From Nageia nagi (lineage: Eukaryota; Plantae; Pinophyta): 64,000 nucleotides of DNA. Shown piece by piece: positions 34,870 through 48,099 of this stretch. Numbering within the stretch: position 1 is the first letter of the stretch; the number at the start of each line of letters is the position of its first letter. The stretch covers positions 172,918,001-172,982,000 of the forward strand of contig JBITNC010000001.1 of NCBI GenBank assembly GCA_050084985.1. The letters are read 5' to 3'. The notes below the pieces were generated by a model. The model was not told the origin of the DNA, ran no database searches, and saw only the letters and a program-made list of their open reading frames with translations. Both the position numbers and the translations under genes were made by a program.

Positions 34870-37150
34870 CCACTATGGATTGAGGTTTGAGGCATGTTGA
34901 CCTAGATGAACTGGGACTAGCTAGAGGTAGTTGAGCTATTTGGAGTGGTGAAGATTCTCCCTATCATGGGAGACACCTCTAAAATGATCACACTTAGGGA
35001 GTGGTTTAATCTTGATAGATGCACATTTTTGCTCTTGATAGGGGATATGATAGTGACTTTTGAGGACATCTATAGGATTCTAAGGCTCCTTATGGAGGGA
35101 GAGATGATCACTATTGCTACTAAGAGAGTTGTGATTCATGCATATGTGAACAAGGGATATTAACATTAGGACCTTTGAAATGGAGGGGTTCTCATCAAGC
35201 CCATTTATAAGGATGGTTGACTTGAGCATCATGACATCATGGTGATGCTTTTAATTTCATCTTTCATATTACCAAATTCTTTAGGATAATGTTTTCTATG
35301 TAATATGTTTGATATCATCACTAGGATGATCATTGACCAAATAGTATTTATGTGGTAGCCAATGCTACTGGAACAAATATATAGCAAGTTGGTAGTGACA
35401 ACTTGAAGTAGGTGAGGGATCAACACATCACTATTGCTCCATATGTGGGCTTGAGAGCATATTTAATTGAGAAGGATAAACTCACTATTAGTGGTAGTGC
35501 ATATAGATGATTTTACAAGTGACATCCCACCCATGGATGGATGAGAGCTCCCATATGCAAGGTGTTGGGAGCATGAACTAGAGAGACCCAAGAGTCATTC
35601 CTACGAGGGATGCATAGATTGGTATCAAAAAATGTTAGTGGGGATACAGTCCTAAGATGTTATATGGTAGCCATACCTTTGTAGGCCACATTGGAATGAG
35701 GAGTATGTGCAACTAGCATGGATGACACATACGAGAGTGTAGAGGAAACATGGATTAGTTTAGGATGTACCATTAGAATCTATACTATATAGTAGGATAA
35801 ATATGGAGGCCTTGGTGAGGCCTTAGATTACCTATGTTGATATAGATGTGATATTGAATGTGCTTATTACTCAAGTAGTAGTAGATGATGTGGGGATGAT
35901 CCTAACATATGATGCCTGATGGGCCCCACAAAAAGATAGATAGGGCCTAACATGCCCAATGGATGAGTGCTAGAGGGTGAAGATGACCAGGGAAAGGAGG
36001 AGGAGGAGGCCAAGGGGGAGGTTGAGGAGGAGGGAGACCAGGAGGAGTGCATTTGAGATGAGGGCATACATTATATAAATATGTTGGACCATATGGTCTA
36101 GGAGGATCATCCTCAAAGAGGGACTATGACAACAAGAGGAGCTATATTAGGGAGAGTGGGAGATCAAGTTTAGGACCCCTAATGGCATCCCTAAGAGATC
36201 CTTGAGTTAGGATTAGGACCAACTATTGATAAGTGAATGGATTAGTATTAGGGAGAGTGAGACACTTTTTAGTAGTAGATAGATGTTATGTAGGTGTAGC
36301 TTGCAAGAGAGAAGGTTGCATAGAAAATAGTAGAGGGAAAACTTATTATGGAGTAGGATGTGAGGACTATCATAGAGGGACATCTAGGGGCTTTGTAGGA
36401 ATAACTCATGATAGAGTAGCTCATGAGGACTATGGTAGAGGGGCAACCTAAGGCCAAATAAGGATCCTACTAGGAGATATGTGAATAATTTTGATAATGT
36501 TCACCATGGTGTCCAGAGAAAATGATGCACTCAAAACACATTTCGAGTGAGGAGTGGGTCCTGGTGTAAAAGTTAACACCCAAAAAAAGTGCTATTCATA
36601 GGATTAGGGTTGGGTAAAGCTTAGGTGATGGTCGATATGGTGACATAAACTAAGGTAAAGATGACATACACTAGAGTAGTGTTAGGGGAATTGAGATCCT
36701 TAAGACATGCAAATCTACAACAACACCTATGACATGACTTAGATGATGTAGATCATGAGATGATGAGAGCATGAGCATGGTGACACCAGCTTATAGATAC
36801 AAGATTAGTGCTTATTAATATTGAGACATCTAGGATGATCACTATAGCTAAGAGTGTATTGCAAAGCATTACAAGATCTCAACAGAGTGAGGGGCACTCC
36901 ATGAATCAACCCACATTAAACTAGAGGAGGGATGTAGAGATAAAGATAAAAGTCAAGACAAGGATATGGAATAACATTGAAGGACTTGTGAGATGTAACA
37001 TCTCATAGGTTGTAGGTAATTTTTTTGGTTTGCCTCCCTTAGTTTGTCAAAGAGCAATGATGGGTGAGAGCAACCTATTAGGGGTGTAGGTTAAAGGTCA
37101 AGGAGAGACCAACACTCCCCCCAATAGACACCGATGATGGGATGACCCCA
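34870..37150 (+). pseudogene. Antisense PMD-domain protein relic with acidic tract and coiled-coil-like tail
   Basis: LREWFNLDRCTFLLLIGDMIVTFEDIYRILRLLMEGE (34990-35103), LLHMWA*EHI (~35434), acidic DDQGKEEEEAKGEVEEEGDQEE (~35980-36050). Confidence 0.82.
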
Positions 37151-39989
37151 CACCCTAGGGATGCATCAAGATAAGAGACAAATTGAATAGATTATATACA
37201 TTTTTTTGCTACCATAGTATGCATGACATTATACCTTTTGAGATACAACTGATGTATATGTAGGAATATATGGACATTGATATGTATATTTTTGTATATG
37301 TTACCTATATTATGGACACTATATATTTGTGGATATTTATGATATTATGCTATATATGATGAAAGTTTTGACAATGTTATGGATGTTTACTTGTGCATTT
37401 ATGTGTATATATACATTTATGTATGTACTTATGTTTATGATATGATATATGCATATGTGTATGGATGATCATTTATGAATGGATGTATATTAAATGAACC
37501 CTAAATGTACCCACATGACAATACAATGACAAATGGACTAAAATGAACTTGTATGTTTCATCACACACTATAAAATGAATATGTATGCTTAAAAACACAA
37601 GGATAATGAATACTAGTTATGAACATTAATGGACCATAATAAAAGATACATGAAGCTAACAAAAGATAATAAAAGAACCAATCAAGACAATGTAAAAACA
37701 ATTGACACATTATAAAATATAAGAAAGAAATAAAAACAAAGATAAAAAGTGTGAAAAAATAATAGAACAAGACATAATGATAAATAGTAAACAAACATAC
37801 AAGAAAAAAATGAAAAATAAGGTAATAATAAGATTAATTGATAAAAAAATCATGAAAATATAATAAAATCATCAAATCATAAACCCTGACTCAACTTAAG
37901 GATACAAATAAAAACCCTATGGAAAGCCAAGTTAATGAAATTAGAACTAAAAGAGAAATAAAACATGAATCGTAATGATAAAATATGAAAAAAGATTAAA
38001 ATAACAATAATAGATACAAAATGAGCCCAAAATAATGCTCAACAAATATTTAAACAACTAACAAAACAAGTCAACATGTTGTCAAAATTTTGCCAAAACA
38101 TGTAAAATAAGGTAGGGTATGTGCCCCAAGGACATCCCTTAAGTACTCAATTTAGGCCAAGCATCAAAAATAAAAACAAGAACCATCCCACAATTCTTCC
38201 TAGATGTAGTGGAAATGGACCAAAATAAAACAATTGCAAAATTATGGACACCTTTGTAAAAGTAAAAAATTACGAACTTTGGCAGATGAAAACTAACAAC
38301 CATAATGATGATTGGACAAACTAGCTTGATGATATGATATATAATAATTCAATTTAATAGTAGGATCAAAAGGTTCAAAAAATGGAGGTCATTTGACCTA
38401 TTTTTGAAACCAAAACATAAGTTTACTTGGTCCAAGGTGACAACCCTTCAGTGCTTACTGAAAGTGCACTATTCCAAGTAGCCTAATAAATGGATTAAAA
38501 AATTAACAAAATGATGGAGTTAGGATTCAAAACTTGACATGCTAATTGGGTTTATATTGATGATAGGCTAGAAACTAATGGATTGGAAAATAGATGCATT
38601 TTTCTATATTTAAAATTATGAAACCAAAGCCAACTTTTAAGGGTATCAAATTTCAAGATCTTTGTACTTGAACCAAAACAAAGTAAGAGATGGTTATGAA
38701 ATGACTTGAAATGGTATGGAATGATACAATAGGACTTAATGAGGCATAATATGAATAATTTACAATATAGGACCATAATGTGACATGGGAAAATTTGCTA
38801 GGGTGACCGTGTACACATGTGCGAAGGGACAATTTTGGACCTAAAACAAATGGTTGAGATGTGACTCAAAATGGATGAAAATAACTTTGTAGGACTACCT
38901 ATATGAACTTTAGGTGATTAAAATGAATAATTTATCAAACTAACATGGTTACACTAGTTTTCAAAAGTTAAACGAAACACAATTTTGATGAAATGATAAA
39001 GGGTGCAAACATGACTAAACCGAAATAAATGTGATAAAGGCACCAAGCAATAATAAATATGACCCCAAAATGAATCTAAAATATATAAATAATGATAAAA
39101 TAAAATCAAGGTGATTAAAGCATCTATAAATGAGGAAGATGAATAATATGAAATTAATACATGTTCACCCATGTAATAAGTCACAACAACCTCATATGGT
39201 TTTTCCCTCAGTAGTCATGCTAGTCTATAGTCTATGATCAATTCCAAGGAAATGATTTTAAGGAAACTTGATATTTGATTAAGACTAAAGTAGTTGTATC
39301 ATCATTGAAAAACCATAGATCATGTATAGTGATAAGTGACATGAACGAACATGCAAAGAATGTCATTGATGGGGACCTTGCATGATTAGGATTCAATGGA
39401 ATTGACATACCAAGCAAAAATAACAACACAAACATGAATGAAAGCAAGATAAAAATATCAATACAAATAAAAAATTGATCAATATAGGTTATTTTTGAGA
39501 TTAAATTCCACTCATGTTCAAGACTATGCTTTCTTTTTCATGGAACAAAGATAATAGTTAACAGTCTCAACCCAAATGAGGATCAAGAGTGAAGAAAAAT
39601 AGTATGATAAATGGAAAGTGTTGACAAGTGATGACAAGACTTAATGATACAAGGATTGATGCATGATAGGGAGATGAGTGACTTGTGGTTTTTGTGCACC
39701 CCAAAAAGGTAGTATGACACTAAAAAATGGATAATCATCTAACTATTGACTCCCAAAAACATGATAAAAAAGGAAAGAAAGTGTTGAGATAAGAAAAGTG
39801 GCATGACATGTAAGCCCAAGGGAATGTATGCACATAACACACCCCTCACGACTTAGTGTAGAGTAAATGAGTGATGGAATCAAGATGTTATGCTACGATA
39901 AATAAAGAAATAATGATAAAATGCTATGCAAGATCAGAGGAACATAAATTAACAATCAAGTATGAACATATAGAGATAAACAATGCAAA

Positions 39990-41170
39990 GGCTAAGTATA
40001 GAATGGATGATGTTGATAGGCTCAAACTCTTACTGTCCCTCTAAATCTAACAAATGGTAGGCATCCATGCCAAATTTCCTCTTTACGATGTAAGGTCCTA
40101 ACCAATTTGGTGCAAACTTATCTCAAAGAGGTCACTGAAGGTGTGACTATTATTGATTATCTTTAAGTACCAAGTCACCAATCTCAAGCTCTCTAGGTCT
40201 AACCTTCTTGTTGTATATATGCTTCAACCATTCTTGATAGACTTTGTGATGTTAAATGGAATTGTCATATATCTCATCAATAAGGGTAAGTTGAAGTTGA
40301 ACTCTCAAATATGGGATCTCTAATTCATGTGACATGAATGCTTTTGCACCTTAAACTATTGAGAAGGGGGTGGCCCATGTAGGTGTCATAATATTGGTGT
40401 GATAGGCCCATAAGGCATATGGGATATACTCATACCAATTCCTATGATTATCATTGATAATATTTTTTAGTATCATGATAATGGTTTTATTGGATGCTTC
40501 TACTTGACCATTACTTTAGGGGTAATAAGGTGTGGAGAAGGAATGCTAAATATTATAACCATTACATAATGGTATTCCATGCTGATTCTTGAAACATAGC
40601 CCATTATATGATATGATATTATGCAAAATGCAAAACCTACATATAATGTGCATATTGATGAATTGGGAAATCTTAGGACCCATGGTTGACACAAGTGGCT
40701 CAGCCATGACCCACTTGGTAAAGTACTCCATCATGGTGATAATGAATTTATGGTTGCCTAAAGATGGAGGGAAAAAGCTCCCTACTAGATCAAATCCCCA
40801 CTATGTAAAAGGCCACATAAACTGCATAACGTTAAGTGCCTATGTAGGTAGATGCTATATGGTGCTAATACTTAACACACTTTTTAACATATTCTTGATA
40901 GTCTCATTCCATGGTAGGCCAATAACACCCCATTTTGATAATAAATTTGGCAATGGTAGTTCCATTAAAGTGTCCAACACATATTCCATCATGAAAAGTA
41001 TGTATAGCAATAAACTGGTCACAAATCTCTAAACAACATAAGAGGACTCCATCATATGACCTTTTGTAGATAGCATCCCCTAAGATGGTGTAATGGGAAA
41101 TCTTTTTCTTGAATATTCATTTTTTGCCTATAGACAAGTTAGGAGGTGTGGCATTCCACTTTAGATACTC
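39990..41170 (-). pseudogene. Integrase relic
   Basis: EYFTKWVMAEPL..IICRFCILHNIISYNG (40546-40734), TPFSIV (~40370), FAPNWLGPY (~40095-40115), EPIN (~40020). Confidence 0.88.
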
Positions 41171-41319
41171 ATGTAATTATTTGTACCACAAGTCATAAGG
41201 CTTAACAATGATTTCATTAACTAAAGTAGAAGGTAGACCCTAAGGTAAAGGTGCCTTAAGGGTAGACTCTTTCAAGGTCACTATCTCCACATGTTGAATG
41301 TGTTGATGAGGATTAGGTG

Positions 41320-41700
41320 GAATAAGTGACCCTAAGGATGCCATGGTATCAGAAAACCTATTAGATGATTGAGGGATACCTCAATTTCATATGAATTGAA
41401 TCATTTTTGTAACCTTAATTCCATATCATGACAAACCATGAGAAGCTCATTATGACACTAGTATATGACCATAATTTGATTAAAAATAATTGAAATTATT
41501 CATAGATGATAAGTTACTTAAATTTTAACTCAATGGATTCCTTAAGACCCAAGATTAATGCCTCATATTTTGTGTTGGTGTTGGTGCATGGAAATTTAAG
41601 TTTTGAAAGAGTATGGGATAGGGACCCCCTAAGGGGTGAAGAAGACAACTTTGGCCTCTCCCCCTTGTTCACACCTCAACCCATCAAAGTACATAGTGAT
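41320..41700 (-). pseudogene. Additional archaeal-type RNase H (aRH) relic, diagnostic of Tat lineages
   Basis: TMYFDGLRCEQGGEAKVVFFTP (41629-41695), PCTNTNTKYEALILGL (~41545-41590), NRFSDTMASLG (~41330-41360). Confidence 0.85.
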
Positions 41701-41814
41701 ATCATAGTCCTCTTGGGTATATACTACTTCCTCTATCTCATCAATATTGAACACATACTTGTGAGGTAGAGTGATCTCGAGAGGAGTAGTAGCTTGAATG
41801 GGTGCCTTAGCCAA

Positions 41815-43330
41815 CTAATCTGCTATGACTTGACCTTTGATTGATTTTTGGATGATAAAAACTAAGTCAAATTTTGAAAGGAACATGATCCATTTAGTAG
41901 TGTGCATATTATGGTATGTATTTCTCATCATATACTTCAATGGATCGACTTTAGAAGTAACATAAGTGGTGTGATTTAATATGTAGTGCCTAAGTTTATT
42001 AGCTAAAAACAAAACTATGAGGAAAACCTTCTTGATATAAACATACCTAAGCTCGTAATTGAAAAGTGTATGACTAAGATAATAAATAGCTTATTCCTTT
42101 TCCTACTCATTCTTATGGGATAGCATGAATCCTAGTGTAAAATTAGCAACCAAAAGATATAAATGGAAGGGGATATTATCCTTAGGAGGAATAAGGACTA
42201 TGAGATTAAGAAGATATTACTTGATGTCATTATAAGCTCATTGATAACTCTCATCCCACTCAAAATATACACCCTTGTTAAGGACTCATTTAATGGTCTA
42301 CACTTGTATGACAACTGAGCTATGAATCTCCTGATGGCTTGGATCTTACCTTGAAGGCTTTTTAAGGATTTGACATCATGAGGCAAAGGAATGGTAGTGA
42401 TGGTAATCACTTTTTTAGGATCAAATCTATATTATTTTGGAAATGATGAGCCCTATAGGCTATAATATTTCCTAATGTAACATCAAACACACATTTCTTA
42501 GTATTTAATATGACATTATGCTTGATCAGTCTCTCAAAAACCCTCTCTAACACTTCTCAATGCTGATCTCGGGTTCTAGACTTTTCCAAAAAATCATCTA
42601 CATAATCCTCCATAATATAATGTATCATGTCATGAAATACATAATTAATGGCATGTTTATATGTGTAAATGATATTTTTGGGTCCAAATGGTATTACCTT
42701 ATAATAGAAAGGCCCCCATGGTGTAGTGAATTCAATCTTGTGTTGATCCTAAGGAGCAACCCAAATATTATTGTAACTTGAAAAACCATCCATAAATGAA
42801 AACATCTCATATCTTGCTATGTTTTAAACCAAGGTATCAATGTTGGGAAATGAGAAATCATCCTTGGGACATATAGTATTGAAATCCCTAAAGTTTATAC
42901 ATTCCCTAATATGACCTTTAGGCTTATGGATAGGAACCATCTTAGAAACCCATTATGGGTAATCTATAGGGAAAATGAATTTGAATTATAAGAGCTTCTA
43001 AAGCTCATATTTGATCTAAAGTGACTAATTTGTGTTGACCTTTTTGGGATTTTTCTTTATTAGATTTGCATCTAGATGAGTAATGATATTATGGACTACT
43101 ATGTTGAGGTCCATGCCAGGCATATCTTGATAACCAAATATAAAGATCTTGACACACCTCTTTACTATTGTAGTAGCTTTGGCTCTCTCTAAATCATCTA
43201 ATACATCACCTCAGTATACTATCTTTAGATCTATAGGATATTCATTGATATCTATCTCAAATGACTTGACCAAGTGCATATTACACCCATCCTGTAACTA
43301 TTTGAAAATGTAAAGGTACACATAGTTATT
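41815..43330 (-). pseudogene. Reverse transcriptase and RNase H relic
   Basis: YQDMPGMD..IVVHNI (~43090-43135), NFRDFNTICPKDDFSFPNID (~42840-42895), FMDGFSSY (~42775-42795), LKSLQGKIQAIRRFIAQL (42198-42410), KLRHYILNH..DPLKY..KW..LSKFDL..SIKGQVIAD (41815-42012). Confidence 0.9.
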
Positions 43331-44410
43331 GTATTCCTTCAGAATCACACTTTGAGTTGGGGTAATACATTATCATTATTTTATTCTTTCATTCTTTCAT
43401 TATTTTTATAAATTATTTCTATTCTAAATCTATCCCCTTTGACATAAAATCTAAATTTACTATAATCCCTTAACCTAAAGAATTCCAAGAGTTATTAGCA
43501 ACTATCTGTTGTATATATAATCTAACTATTATATAAGCAAGTCTTTGTCTTAGATATTTTACCTTGTAAAATTCTTAGATATTTTGCCTTGTAAAATTAT
43601 TGGTAAGCATCAACTCATAACATAGCTAGGATTCATTAATAAATTCTTTAATTTTTTGATTGAGATGAAAGCTCCCAAATTATGGGAAGAACATAATGTA
43701 CAAGGTAGTACTACTAGTTGGGTAGCCAATACCATCCAATTCTTTGAGTAGTCCTTTTTAGAGAAGCAAATATTAGATTTACAATAAATAAATGACCTCA
43801 CTTAAGAGGTAGTTACAAGGTTCCTACACACTAGGAGGTTAGAGATTATTTTGATGGGCTTCAAAGTAGATACTGTAAAGATTCAAGCATCCCTTGTTCT
43901 ATCACAAGTTGATTGTCAAGATCTTAAGGATTTAGATAAGAAGATGCACCCATTTTTCTTAGTAGAGTTGATTCCACCATTTGAGACCCCTACTATATCT
44001 ACATCTAAATAAGCTATTGAAAGTAGCAAGTAATGGGTCCTATTCTCCAGTAGGAAAAGACCCCAAAGAGCTACCAAAAGATTGTATTCCTTTAGAATCA
44101 CACTTTGAGTTGGGGTAATACATTATCATTCTTTTATTCTTTCATTATTTTCAAAAATTATTTCTATTCTAATTCTATCCCATTTGACATAAAATCTAAA
44201 TTTGCTATAAGCCCTTAATCTAAAGAATTCTAGGAGTTATTAGCAACTATATTTTGTGTATATAATTTGACTATTATATAAGCAAGTCTTTATTTTACAT
44301 ATTTTGCCTTGTAAAACTCCTGACAAAGTGTCTAGGAGTTGTATAAATACAAAGTGTCCAAGAGTTGTGTAAATACAAAGTATCTGGGAGTTATGTAAAT
44401 GCAAGTCTAA

Positions 44411-44780
44411 GATATCAAATAGATCCTATTGATTTTGAGCAATCATGTCATAATTTTTGGTGAAAATCAATGGGTCCTAAAATAAGTAATTGTAGGTGAA
44501 GATTCATGAAGATATAAAATAAAGCCTACCAATTTTGAGTGATGATGTCATAATTTTTGGCCAAAATTAGTAGATCCTAAAACAGGTAATGGCAGGTGAA
44601 GATTCATGAAGATATCAAATAAAGCCTATTGATTTTGAGCGATGATGTCATAATTTTTGGCAAAAATCAATGGGTCTCAAAACAAGTAATGGCAAGTGAA
44701 GATTCATGAAGATATCAAATAGAGCCCATAAATTTTGAGCAATGATGTCATAGTTTTTGGAAAAAATTAGTAGGTATTAA
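44411..44780. repeat. 100-bp tandem repeat, ~3.7 copies, preceded by 3 x 26-bp units (44322-44403)
   Basis: GATATCAAAT-like unit starts at 44411, 44511, 44611, 44711; ACAAAGTGTCTAGGAGTTGTATAAAT-like units x3. Confidence 0.92.
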
Positions 44781-47099
44781 AAGAGCTAGATCATCAACAA
44801 AGCCTAAAAAAAGGAAATAAGACTTGCCAAACTGAAAAAAGAGTAATGGGAAAGAAGTAACACTCAGGTCCACTTGATCTTAAGTGTTTGACACCCAGGG
44901 CCTTGTTAATGTGTCAACTCCATCTCATTTCCATATAAAAATGGTAGTTCCTTCTCAAAGTAAGTTGATATATTATTCACAAATCCCCATTACTCTGTTC
45001 ATTTACAACTATAGTATGGATCATCAATAGTTGTAGAGAAGTAGATAGCTACCGATAGAGCACAATACTAGATCCTAACTATCAAATTATAGATAAGTAC
45101 TTGTTCAATCATCTACAATGCCATTTTCAATCAACTACAAAGTTGAATAAGGAGTATTCAATGACATGTCATAAGGATTACGACTCTATGGACATGACTA
45201 TTCAGAAATTACAAATTCCTAGATAGTCATGTTGTTGGTACTTGTTCACTATGTAATCTAACATAGTTGTAGTATTTATTATGAATAGTTTTTTTACTAG
45301 ATGCATTCAAGATATGTAATTATGTATATTAATGAGATACAACCACCCAACAATGGAGAAATATGCATAAATGGTAAACTATTAGAAATTAAAGGAGTTG
45401 GACATTTTAACAAATTTGCCTAGATTTGTAAGATGTTTTCACATATGATAATACAAATAGATAATGCTTTTCCCTCCTGCAACAAGTGGCTATTTATTAC
45501 TTTTGTGAATTTTATATGTGATATGTTTCCTTAAAATTATGGCTATGTATTGTGATTGTGAGACCCCAAGGGTCAGATAGCTTGCTATTCTTTATCTTGG
45601 CTATGGATTGCTACCTATGCTGTAATGCCTGAGTTGTATATTTCTTTCTTTAGTTTTAATCCATTTGTTTATCTCTTTCTTGTAACTCTTTACTTTTCTA
45701 TCTCTTTCTTGTTACTTTAAACCTTCATAATATATAGGAACTGACCTATAATCTAGAGATTGAGTAGAAAACCAACACAAGCACATTCCCACCACCTTCT
45801 GCTCTCTCAAGGAACCTACTATTATGAGTAGTAGAGAACATGAATAGACCAAACCCCTTGAGGTTACACTATACCAATTAATAGTCATCTTTTTATAGAC
45901 TATTGATCAAGGAAGCCAAAATTGACAATTCAACCTCATCAAGGTAATCAAAAGAAAGAGATGCATCACTCAAGACAAGAGGACCTGACAAATTAGAAGA
46001 GAAATCCATGAACAAATGATTGATAATATTTTGTGATTTATAATTCATGAGAGGGATAAATGATGATGAAACATCAAGGAAAACCATTGAAACATCAAAG
46101 GTGAGGTCACATGAAAGCTCATGGAAGAAATCATTTAGGATGGAACACTCAGAGGTATGAGGAATAGATGGACAAAAGTACAAATCAATATTGTGCTCAT
46201 CATTATGTTGCACCTCCTCCTTTAGAAGTTTTAAATATACAAATTGTTCTTATAGAATTTTAATCTTAGGGACATAAAACCTTATACCCTATTTATCTTA
46301 GTCAAATCGGAAAGGAACATAAAAAGCATGAACTTGTCTCTACTCGAATATTTCTAAGCTATATCCTTTTCATTTTTATCTAGCAAAGAGTTTAGACACT
46401 AAGTTAGGACATGATAAGTATTCAATTATAGCACAAAAATTCTCCTTAATATGATTCTTAAGGGGAATGTCCTAGGGTATGTTTGTACCCATGTAAACAA
46501 GGAATGATTAGTTAGGAGATGAGCCTAGTGGGATGACAAAACTAAGATCAAGTGGGGATTCCTAAGGTATCCTAAAGCATATTACAAAGGGAATATTAAA
46601 ATGAACATCATTGGTATGATATTCCTCCTTTTTGAGACATTCATACTTAATGAGATCATATGGTGGTGAAATGACAAGGTTGAAAAGCTATTGGTTAGAA
46701 GGATCAGGATAAAGCTAGGAAGAATAGGGCTCATCTTCATGCAATGAATCAAATGCAAGACACAATGAAGATGAATGGTACTAATTGGGTGGAGGTAATC
46801 AATGATAATATGGCTAGTCATTCCCATGTATGGGCATAGATGAGGTTTGATGATTGGAAGAAGCACATGCAGAATCCTTAGGAGATTTATCATTGGGTTG
46901 TACCAAGGGATCCACATTGGATGGAGCTAAAGAGGATGGTTGAGAAGAAGAAGAAGTCTAAATTGCTATAAGAGTTGAATATGGGGACTATTATGAACAT
47001 TATTGCTAAGTATTAAGATGATCATTCATAATAATGGTAACTGGTAAAAGACACCCACATGGCCTCTAAGATGAATTAGGGGAGAAAGTGAAGTTCTAG

Positions 47100-47520
47100 T
47101 GACTAAAGGGATTTAGATCACCTATAATAAAATGCACCATTTCATTGTGTAGGTATTTTTGAAATCTATGTAAAGTAGAGAAAACTTACACCATGTAATC
47201 TATCCATGGTTGACCTAAAAGCAAGTAATAATGCATGTCACCTTTGACCACATGATAAGTATCTACCATTTCTTTGACTCTAACATTGACTAGAAGAATG
47301 ATTGTACCCATAGTTGTTACCAAAGTGTTGTTGAAGGCCCTAATGGTGAGAGTGCAAGTAGTAAAAAATGTAATTGGAACCTTAAGTATCTCAAGTGCTA
47401 CAAAATATATAACATTTATCATGGACCCATTATCTACAAGCACTCTCTTGGATGGAAGAGAATCCACATAAGCTACAATATAAAAGGTAGGGTGACTAGG
47501 ATTATTTGGTGAAGGATGTT
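47100..47520 (-). pseudogene. Aspartic protease relic
   Basis: RVLVDNGSMINV...IRAFNN...TMGTI...YYLLLGQPWIDYM (ORF 47186-47467). Confidence 0.9.
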
Positions 47521-48099
47521 GAATCTCATGTTGATAAAAAGTAATCCTTGGTCTAGTAGTACTCTAGAAAACCCCTATAAAATCTACAAAAGAATTTGGG
47601 TTGTCATCATCTAACTCAATCACCTTTATGATGCTATTCAAAGTATTCCTATGTTTAAGAGATTGTTATAATAAGTCCCATAGAAAAAGATTTGTATAAG
47701 TGGTCCTAAGTTATTTTTCCAACTAAGTTTGTATATTCAATGGTACCCTTGGATCTTGTGTCTAAATCTAAACTCTTATTTGAGGCAAAGGTTTATGAAT
47801 CTGCACCTCCCTCAGATGGGGAGGGGGTGCTCAATTATGACCTCTACTTGTCCTTGTTGTTACATTGACCATGTTGTCATTGTGGACCTCTACTATATGA
47901 AATGCTAGGGGTAGTTCCATGACTCTCATAAACTCATAGTCTGGGGTGATATCAATGCCTCCCATAAAGGGAAAATCTAAATCTATATCACTAAAACCCA
48001 TAAACTCATTATTTAGCCTAGGGTTGTAGTCATGAAAAATCTATTGTGTTGCCTTTTAAGAGATATGGTTGATGTTGTTATTATGCCTAGGTAATGGAT

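Noticed and set aside
43293-45868. Solo LTR with TGTAAC...GTTACA ends
   Set aside because: Flanks (CATCC / CTATA) do not match, and 43293 lies inside readable pre-RT coding sequence, so this left boundary is unsupported.
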